64,000 nt of DNA from Camelus ferus (lineage: Eukaryota), in contig NC_045696.1 of the NCBI RefSeq assembly GCF_009834535.1, forward strand, positions 82,276,001 through 82,340,000, read 5' to 3'. Shown piece after piece: positions 13,236 to 25,100 of the stretch; position 1 is the first letter of the stretch; every line of letters starts with the position of its first letter. A program made the translations under genes and the position numbers. The notes under the pieces are model-generated. The model saw only the letters and a program-made list of their open reading frames with translations, did no database searches and was not told where the DNA came from.

Positions 13236-13986
13236 ATTGAGAATGTACATCTTCCATGTATGCAGCTCATCACCCTGTTCCACCCCAAGGCAGTGCAAAT
13301 CACCCCTAGGGTATGATCTCCCCATCACTTCCCCTGTTCTCTCCCAGCTTCCACTCTGCAGCCCTCAGATACTTTCCAGTGTGAAATAGCGTCCAAAATG
13401 TCAAGTTCCCCCCAACCCCGCCCCATTGCTCCCTGCTCCATCCCCGAGGCTGCGTCACTGTTATGAGCTGCCAGTGCCTGATGCTCTCTCACGAGTTCCT
13501 CCCTGCAGTGGTTGGTTTGTTGTATATGATATTCTTGATGTCAGAGTGAGCTTTTCCTCTGTGGTGGCCGGCGCCCTGCTTTGCCTCACTTGTACCTTTG
13601 GCCAAGCTTCTCAGCAATGCTGATCCCTGGAGAGGGTGGATGAGGGAAAATAGACGGACTGGTACAAATATTTACAACCACAAAAATAGCTCGTAAACAC
13701 CACCATACTTACAGGTGTTTTTTTGTTTTGTTTTGTTTTGTTTTACAATTTTTGCTTATGATCACGGCTTCAGAACTCTGGAGGAACTGGAATTGCTGTG
13801 CCTGTGTACACAGAGGCTCGCTCTGCTGGCTTGGGCGGGAACTGGGTCCTCTTCTTCTCTCTGTTCATCTAATCAGTACCTGGCCCAGCTTTGATGTTCT
13901 ATAAATGATGGTTATGGTGATTGTGAAATGAATCCCCTGCTTTGCAGACTAGTGATCAACCTGATCTTTGGGCTGTATTGTAACAG

Positions 13987-14152
13987 GAGAGGCACTTAGA
14001 GCACTGCCTGAACTTGAAGAGTTGAACTTGTCCTAGAACAGTAGTGGGAGGAAACTTGCCTCTGATCCTCCAGGCGTTGTGAGAAGGGAGAAGGATACAA
14101 GCGCTGGAACTCGTGGACTGTGTCCTCACATCAGGTGATGGGGCGTTTGTGG
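13987..14152 (+). pseudogene. LRRC31: LRRC31 LRR exon (orthologous to the EAFEMIPELEELNLSW exon), disrupted
   Basis: cag|GA GAG...GTG G|gtgagt. 166 nt instead of the 168-nt LRR unit. TAG at 14034-14036 (conserved W), 2-nt deletion near 14043, TGA at 14080-14082. Confidence 0.9.
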
Positions 14153-14169
14153 GTGAGTGGAATTTGGAA

Positions 14170-14650
14170 TGTTACCGGAGGCAAGTTCATGTACCTGCTG
14201 CACCATGAGGCCAAACAAACTGAAACATCGAGGTTTGGAGCGAAGAAAGGTTTACCTGCAGGGCTGAGCAAGGAGGATGGGGCAGCCCGTGCCCAAGAAA
14301 ACCCCAAACTCCTCGAAGGGTTTCAGCAAAGCATATTTAAAGGCCAGATAAAGGGAGTGGGGGTCGCAGGGTACGCGATCAGCTCGTGCACAATTCACTG
14401 ATTGGTTGATGTTGAGGTAACAGGGCAGCCAACACTATCAACCTCCAGTAGCCAGAAGGTCTGGGGGCTACATGATCTCAATCATCAAGTAGTTAACTTT
14501 CTTCCTTTTGGTGGTGGTTGTAAGCACCTGAAAAACTCAGGAAACATACATGAGCTACTAATATCTGGGTACTTCAGAAAGGAGCTACAGCAGAGGGTAT
14601 GGGGGAGAGATCTGACCCTGGAAGGCCCCACAGGGTCCTGCTTGGTTACA
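14170..14650 (-). mobile_element. Solo ERV1-like LTR in an LRRC31 intron
   Basis: TGTTAC...GTTACA termini; shares gaggccaa-caaactgaaacatcg-ggtttggagc with the element at ~30350. Confidence 0.75.
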
Positions 14651-14833
14651 AGAGGAGTCCTTTTCAGGAAAAAATGTGATGACGCCCATGAATGGAGAGC
14701 TTGGGAGTCAAAGATGGCTGTGTCTTCTCTTACTCTGAATTGAAAGAGTGGCTCCCTCTATCCCAGGTCACACGAAGCTGTACTCCCCCTCCTGCTGCCC
14801 TAACTTTCACACCCAGCATCTTTTCTTTACTGA

Positions 14834-15058
<225 letters not shown>

Positions 15059-15471
15059 TAATTTTATTTTCTATTTAATTTTTTAAGCTGTTGGGAAATA
15101 CAACAAAATATAAACAGTGGTTATGTTGAGAAATAAGATTATGGGTGATTTACATCTTCTTCACATTTTATTTATTTTCTATGTCTTTTACAGTGCGCAT
15201 ATACCTTCATGATTACAAAAATAACCTTTTAAAACAACTGGCTCTGAAAAGGCCAGGATATTTTAGGTTTGAGAGAAATACAGGGCAAAATAAAAGTTTC
15301 TGTGCTACTAAAGCTCTCCATTTTCCTCTTAACTTTTGAAAATGCCAGTATTATTTTCTGCTTAGTAGCAGGAAGGAATTGATCCTGAAATAAAGAACCT
15401 ACCCCCTCCCCGCCCCTCTCCTGCCTACCACCTTGTAATACGTCAGAAAGGGATTTTGACCTTCTTTGTCG

Positions 15472-15552
15472 ATGCTGTTTTAGACACTTGTGTGAGCTGA
15501 GGAAACTAGACAAGGAGCTGGGCAGAGGGCCTGAAGACTCCTCAGGGTTGGC
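15472..15552 (+). pseudogene. LRRC31: LRRC31 truncated LRR exon (orthologous to the DAAFRYLGELRKLD exon)
   Basis: DAV/RHLCELRKLD----KELGRGPEDS. The acceptor reads CG (15470-15471) rather than AG, with a 1-nt deletion and loss of LSCN; similarity ends at ~15552. Confidence 0.8.
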
Positions 15553-15789
15553 AGAGGTGTCTGCTCACACGTTTCTATTCTCATATGCTCTAATCAAATT
15601 ATGTTTTGCTTTCTTTTTGCTACACTAATTGCAGTCATTGCCCGAAAGACATGCAGAATTTGAAATCAATACTACTCCAAAAGAAGAAGTCATCAGGATG
15701 AGGGGGTCTTGAGTGGTGTAAATGGGGATGTTTTAGGTAATGATTCTTCATTTCCTTGGGCATCCCCATGAACTCCGTGAACACCTGTG

Positions 15790-16213
15790 CGGGTACAAAA
15801 AACCTATGAGCAGATGTTCATAGCAGCTTTATTCATAATAGTCAAAAACTGGAAACAGAGCAACATCCTTCAGTGGGTGAATGGTGAAACAAACTATGCA
15901 GTTTTACTCAGCAACCAGAAAGGAGAGAACTGCTGATACACGCACCACTCGCATGAACTGCCAGTGAATTCTGCAGAGTAAAAAGGCCAGTCCCCAAAGT
16001 TACATCCTATATGATTCCACTTACATGATCTTCTCAAATTTAGAGATGGAGAACAAAATTATAGAGATGGAGAACAGGTTAGGGATTGGGAGAGGGGTAG
16101 GTGGCAGGTGTCACTAAACAGCACAAGGGAGACTGGCAGTGATGGAACAGTTCTGTAGCTTGATTGGGGCGGTGGCTGCGCAAAAGCTACAGGTAACAAA
16201 ACTGCATTGGATT

Positions 16214-16267
<54 letters not shown>

Positions 16268-16450
16268 GTGCATGTATAACTGATGGAATCTGAATAAGCT
16301 CTGGATAGTACTGATGTCCACTGTCTGGTTTTGTTATTGTACTATAGTTATGTAAGGTGTCAACAGTGAGGGAGGGTGAAGGTGCATGGACATCCCTGTA
16401 CATTTCTTTGGAACTTCCTGTGAATTATTTCATAATAAAAAGTTTTTAAA
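15790..16450 (+). mobile_element. Old L1M 3' fragment containing (CA)n at 16216-16266
   Basis: atgttcatagcagctttattcataatagtcaaaaactggaaac and downstream L1M 3'UTR motifs. Confidence 0.8.
16216..16266. repeat. (CA)n microsatellite
   Basis: ~25 uninterrupted units. Confidence 0.97.
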
Positions 16451-16631
16451 GTAGACATGATAGTACAATGAACCTCCGTGTACCTATCACATGCTTCTAC
16501 AATTACCAACTCTGGCCAATCTTGTTTCATTTGGATCCTCCACACTTACCTCTCTCCCTGATACTGTTCTGAAGAAATACGATCCCAGGCATCATTTCAT
16601 TTTTATCCATAAACACTTCTGTAAAAAAATC

Positions 16632-16637
16632 TTTATT
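16632..16637 (-). terminator. Candidate LRRIQ4 polyadenylation signal AATAAA
   Basis: TTTATT on +, ~115 nt downstream of the LRRIQ4 stop. Confidence 0.5.
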
Positions 16638-16751
16638 TTTCTATGTAACCATAACTCTACAAATCAGTTTTGTGTGGTTGGCATCTAATTCCTAGAGATT
16701 TTCCTTCTTAATCCATCAGGATTCATTATCTCAATTCATACATTTATAGAG

Positions 16752-16904
16752 TTATTTCTTATTTCCCTTTACAGGTTTTCCTTTTGCAACCTTCTTTCCT
16801 TTCTTATCTTTTGGAGAATTCTTTCCCTTCTTTTGCAATTTTAGCAGTTCTTCAAATCTCCCCAGTCCTCTCCAGACCATGATTCCACGCCACCACGCCT
16901 GAAT
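16752..16904 (-). CDS. LRRIQ4: LRRIQ4 last coding exon (IQ motif, basic tail)
   Basis: tttcag|IQAWWRGIMVWRGLGRFEELLKLQKKGKNSPKDKKGKKVAKGKPVKGNKK*; too short for the ORF track. Confidence 0.93.
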   Translation of the reverse strand: MQAWWRGIMVWRGLGRFEELLKLQKKGKNSPKDKKGKKVAKGKPVKGNKK

Positions 16905-18057
16905 CTGAAAACAAGACAAACCAGAACAGCGTCAGCTCATATCACGGTGGACGGGGATGGTTACATCTCTTTGTTCCAGATTGTGGTTTTTAAGATGCGG
17001 AGAATGGAATGACTAGACCTCTAAACCTTATTTTCTCTCTTTCTCAATTGGCCAGCCATCCAGGCAAACAATTCTAAAAGTATTTAATGCTTTTATCTGC
17101 CAGGCACTGTTCTAGACATTTAGGAAACAGCAGTTAAATACCAACGTCCCCGACTTTGTAAGCCTCATATTCCAGTGAGGGGAAAAGACAGTAAACAGTA
17201 GACACATGACTGTGTACTTGACAGATGGTGGTAAGTGCCCCGGAAGTGGCTGCACAGCATGGGGAATCGGGATGCCGGTCCCCCCGCCTTCCCTCTTGTT
17301 CCTGGACCATGCGTGCTCCTACCGCCAGCCGGCCCTCACTGGCTCTTGAGATCCTATTCTCTTGCACCTACTCAAGAACTTCCCTTCTCTAGGAGACTCT
17401 TCAAAGCTTCCAGTGGCTCCCCGTTCAGAATTAAGAACTCAAGTCCTTGCAATGGCTTACAAGGCCTTGTCTGACCTGTGCTCTCCCTCCTGACCTCCTA
17501 ACTCTCCCCATGCTCACTCGCTCAGGCACATCCAGGCACCACCCAACTCAGGGCCTTTGCCTGGAACACTCTTTCCAGTATTCAGAGGGCTGACCCCTCC
17601 ACTTCCTCAAGAATTTGTTCAAATGTCATTGCTATGGACTGAATTATGTCCTCCCCTCCCCACAATTTATATGTTAAAGCGCTAAACCCAGTGTGGTGGT
17701 ATTTGGGGATGGTGCCTTGGGAAGTAATTAGGTTTAGGTAAGATCATGAGGGTGGGGCTCTTACGATGGAATGGTGCGTTTATGAGAAGAGACATCAGAA
17801 AGCTTGCTCTCTCTCTCTGTCTGTCTTATGAGGATGTAGTGAGAAGGCAGCCATCTGCAATGCAGAAAGGGAGCTCTCACCAGAAACCAAACATGCTGGC
17901 ACCGTGATCCTGGACTTCCAGCTCCCAGGACTATGAGAAGATACATTTCTATTGGTCAAGCCACCCAGCTTATGGTATATTGTTACAGTCACCTGAGCTA
18001 AGACAGTCGTTTTTCCAATGAGGCCTACCCTGACCATCTCATTTAAAATGAAATCCC

Positions 18058-18115
<58 letters not shown>

Positions 18116-19087
18116 CTTCTGGCAACCTCAGTTCCCCTTGGTTTGAACTTTTTTCCAATACCACTTAATTGCTTTCTAGCATAGTATACAAATTTATGTT
18201 TTATATTCCATGTTCTTATTCCCATCACACTAGGCTTTAAGCAATATGAGGATAGAAATATTTGTCCATTTTGTTTGCTGCTTTTTCCGGTGCATAGAAC
18301 AGTGCCTGGTACATAGCAGAAGCTCAATAGTTTTTGAATGAATGAATAAATGAATGAGGTACCTGGAGGTATGTTATTTTATATAAGGTGGATCAAGGGC
18401 AGGTATGAGGATATTTGAGCAGAGTATGAGCTGAGTGAGGGCCAGAGTTTTGTCCACATCTGGGCAAAGCACCTCTCGGCTGAGGCAGGAGCAAGCCTGG
18501 CCCTTGGAAAAATACAAAGGATCCCATTTGTGACTGAAGTAAAGTGAAAACGGGAAGGGCGAGGTGGGGAGGAACAGTAGCAGATCAGTTAGGGTGGGGA
18601 TTTTCCCAGAGACAGTATTGCCTGGGAGAGGCATTCTGGAAATTTACAGGGCTTTTTGTTGTGTTAAGATTTAACAGTAATCAATTGTGTGACATACACC
18701 CTTGTCCATAGACTTTCCAAGGGTGTGCGGGCTTGGACTGGTGGGAGCAACACATTTCCAGAGCTTCAACTTCCATACGTGCCCCTCCCTAGAATGTACC
18801 TGCCTATGAACACAACTGCTGATTCTCTAGTCCCACCTCCCCCTTCACAACCGCCCCTCTGGGCATCCACCTGAGTCTTGGGGGTATTGCTCTGAACTCC
18901 AAAAACCTCTGGGACACCAAAAAAAGGGACAATTCAAAACAGCAGTTTTGGGGGGCAGGGGATAGCTCAAGTGGTAGAGCTTATGCTTAGCATGCTGGAG
19001 GTCCTGGGTTCAATCCCCAGTACTTCCTCTAAAAATAAGTAAGTAAACTTACTTACCTCTACCCCTTCAATAAAAAAAAAAAAAAAA

Positions 19088-19121
<34 letters not shown>

Positions 19122-22100
19122 CAGTATTGATGTTGGCTCTAAGGACTGGGCAACCAGTCCTGGTAGTTTTGCCTTCAAGAAAACTGAAGTTGATTTGCCA
19201 GCTAAGAGCCTGCTGTCTACTTTCTGGGGTATATCTGGAAGAAGTTCAGAGATGTGTGAGGCATTGCCATTTAAAACAAAATAATATGTGCAAAAAAAAA
19301 GCTGCTATTTTTGTCAGCTTGTGAATTGAACAAGGTTTCTTAGTGTTTTACCTGTAAAATAAAAACTAGGAATAGAACTGATGCCAAACCCTGTGTCATT
19401 CTAGCAATAAGTAATATTCATGCAAGGATATATAAACTATGTAAAGAAAATCTTTCCCATTTGCGTATGTATTTTCCCCAAATCCTGTAAGTCAAATAAT
19501 TAAATACCAAAATTTATAATAGATTTATTGTTTGGTTAATTTTATACTACTGATATATTGTAGTAAGACTCGATCCAGAACATTAAAACCCTATGATCAC
19601 AGGGAAAAATTTTTTAATTTTAAAATTGAATTTATTTGAATATTTTTGTAGCCTAGAAGTATGAAAGGTGATCTATAAATGACTTTAAAATTATATACAT
19701 ATATAAACACTATACATACACACACATATATATATATAAATATTAAGATGAATTCTGAGGGGAAAGTGGGATGGAAATATATGTTCAATAAGAAAAAGAT
19801 GTGACAACATTTTTGCATGTAAAATAAGGGCTTTTTAAAATATTTTGTAAATTGATGTTTACTGACATATTAGATCATAATGGTATTTAGATTCCATTGG
19901 CTACATTTAAATAACTCTGTTTTAAGATGTCACTGTGTAAAGTACACTGGAAAGTAAATTGTTTCAATGATTTAGACTTAGTAGCAAAAAATGTTAAATA
20001 TCAATTTTAAAATGTGCAAGAGGGTGCAGGGTTTTTCAGAATGCTTTTCGGAAGTATCCCAAAAGTATTATCTTCATTCTTCCAGTGTAGTCATACTGAG
20101 TATACACAAACTAAAATTAATATTTTAATATAAAATTTTCTTTTTCCTTTATGTTGCAGCTTGGGCATTATTTTGATTTATTAAAATTATATGTTTTGGG
20201 TAGTTTATGTTATCTATGAGTTTAATTTCAGAAGAGTAAAGGAAGACACACACACAATAATTATTAGGAAAAAGAGGTTGTTAGGTGTGCTACAGTTGAG
20301 GGCCCTTGTCAGAGGGTCTTCCAGACCAAAGACTAATTCTTATTCCAGGTGCAATGGAACATCATCGATTTCAGCAGAGGAGTGGCAAGACCTGGCCTGT
20401 GTTTTAACAGCGCCAGTCTGACTGCTGAGTGGAAGACGTATCCTAGGGGGAGCAGGCGAGGAAGTAGGGACACTAGTTGAGGACTAATGCTGTCATCTGG
20501 GTGTGAGATGATTGGGGCTGGGACCCACTGAATGAAGACTACTGAATACTGACTGAAGTCGACACATTCCTGGTCTACCTGGGGTATCCCTATGTCTCCA
20601 GGGGCTTGGTGGGCAAGAGAGGGACCAGGCTCTTAGCCCTTTGACCCTAGTTAGTGGAAGAGTGGAACTCTGGTCTCTAGACCTCTGCTCCATAAATGCT
20701 TTCATTTCTAATTTTTCAGCCTTATCTTACTGACTTCGTTAATATGAGCTTTTCATTCTAGTGAGTAGTCCAACAGTTTTAGATCATTTGGGGATTTGAA
20801 ATTTGGGTTTCTTTTGCCTATTTGTTGGGTTCTTACCTGACAAAGAGAAAAGGAACAGGAAAGACAAAAAAATGCTAGGGTGATGTTCAAAAATCTCTTG
20901 CTTAGCCCTGGGGATATGAAAGTAAATAAGAATCCCTATTCTCAAGGAGGACAAGGTACAGACGCATAAAGAGCCGCCCCACAGGGTAACCTGTAAAGTG
21001 TAACATTAACCCTACTCCAAGCATCTCTGAATATATGATCCAGAATTTTTGATGGTTTTACCTTTGTTGCCATTATTTTCATAATTCTTGTTTTTTTAAG
21101 ATATTCCTGCACAGCCTCACTGCCTTGGGTGCACACTTCCATTGGGGGTTCTTCCATGGGATTGTCCATCAGTGTCAGAACCTTTAGATTCTCCAGACTA
21201 TCCAAATTCTCCGGAAGATGGGTGATCAAGTTGTCCTCGAGTAGTAATTTTTTCAAGGCTGAAACAATTTAAAAAAATAGATTTGTCTTAAAAATAAGCA
21301 AAATTAAAACATGTGTTCTTTAGTCCAATCACTTTGAAATGTTTGTTTCCTGCTGGGCCATGTAGCAAAAGACATCACATTTAATGAGGCAAACCAAGTT
21401 CTCTTTTTTATAACAACCCAAAGTTATTGGAGCCAGTGTTATTAGGTATTAGAGACAGGAAAACAGTAAACACCAAAAAATGTTGAGAATATTTCCATTC
21501 CTCCAGGGACCAAGGACAGGATAAAAATGCATGGTCAGGAGCATGACTCAGGAGAACTGTATACCCATCCCCTGCTTCTAATCTTTTGAGTGTCCTGTGG
21601 GTCGGCAACAGCTTCCATTCATATTCCTTCATCCTCCTTTCATTAAAAAAATCATCGTAGTTTAGAAACATATCTGTAAACACAAAGATGCAGCACACTA
21701 TGGCAAAAAATCCCACTTTTTAATCTGGTTCCACTAGGAGCTCAGCCAAAGCCTGTAGAGTAGATGCGTGGGTTTACAAATAAAAAATGGTTTAGCCTAG
21801 TGGAAAAATGTTTGTGTGTCTAAATATGAATCTATGACTTTTTCGTGTCAATCATATAGCTCCAAAAGTCCCTCCTTGCTAATTTCATCACTCTGGGTCA
21901 TACTTTTCCTTTTATTCAGGTGACTTAGTGACCTAATGCAAATTTACTACAGAGTCCCCAGTTCCAAATTCTGGCAGATAGTAGGTAGTCAGTAAATTCT
22001 TGTCCGTGGTATAATGACTGTACGGGTACGGATGAATGCTAATTTTCTTAGCAGTTGCTATTTACTTTTCAGTTCCCAATGAACAATCTAACTGCCTTTG

Positions 22101-25100
22101 TGAGGCTGTTAGCATATTAATCAGGCACCTGGTCTTCCCCACGTCACTAGGAAGCCCTGCAAGGAGGTAATGTGGTAGGTCTCAGCTCTCAACACTGAGG
22201 TTGGTCTTCAGCAGTGCAAGAAAGCCTTCAGTCATGGGAAATACTGACCTCAAACTCTACTGGGCTGTGGATCTACAAAGATTCCTCACCTTGCACTTGG
22301 CAAATGGCATCTGGAAGTTGCTTAATCAGATTGTGGCGGCAATCAAGAATTTCTAGGTTAGGCATTGATCCCAAGGATACAGGAAGTTCCTCCAGATGAT
22401 TGTTCTCTACATACAGCTCTTTAAGACTCTGAAATAACATGAGCATATAATAATCCTTACATTGATAAAGGAATTATAATGACCAGAATCACCTGTGAGT
22501 TCCCATGTTCTTTCAATGAGGATATTATGCTTTGGAATAAAGGGAAAAACATTTAAAGACCCATCATCAAAAATTACAACTATTTTTGAGTTAAGCCTTT
22601 AGATGTGGTTCCCGTGTATGTAGGGAAAAGAGAACACAGGAATCTGGTGTTTATTTGTTTCAGGAGAATTTTGTGGAAAAAACAATTTGGATCATTTAAC
22701 TACAAATGTCATTTTGCTCCTGTTCAGTAACCAATTATCGGTGGCAGTTGCTATAGTACTGTAATTGCCTCAAATATCAATCCAGCATTGCCCAAGTGGA
22801 AATAGCCAAAATGTACAGAGAATAGGCTAACTATATTCAAATTCACTGGATAAAAATTTAACATTTGCATTTCACTCTAAGACTCTGGAGAGCATTGCAT
22901 GACATGGACAAGGAGCAAGTTGATGAAAGGAGCTCTGCGAACACAGGGCAAAGGGATGGAGACTTAGGAAGAGGTGAGAAGTACCTGCGCTATATATGTC
23001 GTGGCTCAGTTTCATGACTGGGAGTTATGCAGTGGCTTACGCCTACTTTATCAGTAGTAAGAGTGAAGCACCAGGAACATGAAAAAAATAATTCTTTTAA
23101 GTCTGATACATAAAGACACAACAGTATGGCTACTTTGAATGATGTTGTCTTGTTGCTTTGCTGGGACTGAGCACAGTGCTGTGGACCCATCTTTAGCATG
23201 AACCTGGTGCAATAGTTAAATAAACCATGAGCTGCTGTCCACCACGCTGGGAGGGAAATCAGACCATCCAGTCTAAAATGCAGAATCCCAGCCATGTCAT
23301 CTGTATGATACTTTAGCTTCAAAATAATACAATTTTCAGGGAATACCTACAAAAAGTAGAAATTAATTGGAAAGTGGCATGGCTCAATTTCTGCAAATAA
23401 AACATGTCAAACCCCACAGAAGAAATGAGTATGGCATGACACATCCAAAAGCAATCACAGTAAAATGTTCTTTGAGTGTGGGTTGTTAAGGAAGACAGTG
23501 GGAGCCTCAAAGTGTCATACTGACTGCTTGCTGGGAGCTGGAAATCTAGTATGGATAAGTCCACAAGCATGAGAACCCCACCATGTTTTCTCAGTGTCAG
23601 CCAGTTGAAGGGAACAGTGGGCATGTACTTCCTTGCCTGTTCATTTTGGGAGGCTTACCTGTAGTTTCCTAATGCATTCTGGTAGATGGGTAAGCTTGGC
23701 TCCCTGATCTTGGCCAATGTATAATTTCTCTAAAGACTCCAAAGAAAGAATTTCTTCTGGAAATGAAGAGAACTGATTCCCGCTTAGTCCAAGAATCTTC
23801 AGTTTTGAAAGTGAACCAAAATCTGAAGGTAACTGGAAGTGTTCCGAAATGGTAAGTGTCAAGATTATTTTTGACAGTAAGGAAATAAATTAGGCTTTTA
23901 GTCTAGGGGCAGATTGTTAAAAAAAAAAAAGTAGAGCAATTTAAAATTTCCTACTGATGAAAAGTTGGCACATATGTTTGCGTTTATAGTATTTATACTT
24001 GCAGACCTAAAACCTGGAGTTCTACCTTTTCCCCAGCCTCTTTGCTCTTTACTATTTTAAATTGGAACAATTTTTAACCTAATTTATTGCAAATTTTTAA
24101 ACTGTAGTGTAGCAATGCTTGGCACTATTGAAAGAAAAAGTACTAAGCTTATTAGTGTAACATTGTAACTATAATATAAGAAGGTCTTATATTAATAACT
24201 AATAACTAAATTAGAACTAATCAACTAGATCAGTTATTAGAACTGATCAATTTAGTGATATGACCTCTCACCCTAAAAGGCTTTAGCGCAGCAATTTTGA
24301 AGCTTTAGTTGAAATCTCAATTGGAAGCAAACAATGAAGACTATTATGATTATATCTTCTGCTCTCCAGTGAATCCCAAGGCTGTCTGTCCTGGTATCAG
24401 GCAGGCATTTCACAGACTCCCAGACTTTCAGATTTGGAAGGTCTTAAAAAGGTCCCTGTTGTAACCCTCTAATATGGCAGCTAGCCATCCAGCTCTTGTT
24501 TAAACACCACCTGCTGGGATGAAAAGCTCACTGGATAAATACCACTACTTATCATATTTCTTTCTCCTGTCAAGCCAAAATCTGCATCAATATTTACATC
24601 CACCAATGGCCTCTTTCTGGCCTTCTGGAACCACATGGAAAAATCTCATTCTTAAAATATGTGACACGATCATTCTTTTGATTATGTTAGAGATGCTTAT
24701 TTTCTTGTAGAAAAAAAGGCCCAGGTGTGTATCTTAATAGCTTCTTAACTCATTTGAAACATAGTTCCCTTATGTGGCTTTATTCCTCACTGGGAGTCCT
24801 CACGGGTCCTTGCTTTAGTTCTTGGACTTTCCTTCCATCCATTCCCTCATCTACCACTCTACCTTTCATGAGAATGGTTAGAAGAGTTCAGCTCAGCTCA
24901 CCTCTCTACAGTGGGTGGAATGGATAAATAATTAGGGAATAGTTATCCCCATAGTGGGCTTTCTTCTGATCTACCAGCCAAATGTTTCACACACCTGGAA
25001 ACTGCCATAAGACATTTTTCTCTTTATTGTGTAGGGTTAAGGCTCATTTTCTTAAAAATGCTATAAAAATAAAAAATTTTCTTTAAAGTTCTATAAGTAT

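Noticed and set aside
15635..15720. Possible surviving LRRC31 terminal exon after a good acceptor
   Set aside because: None of the three frames resembles the recalled LRRC31 C-terminus; all stop within about 26 codons
18953..19030. tRNA-Ala(AGC)-like gene
   Set aside because: Followed by SINE body, poly(A) and TSD, with several degenerate copies in the window; it is a SINE head
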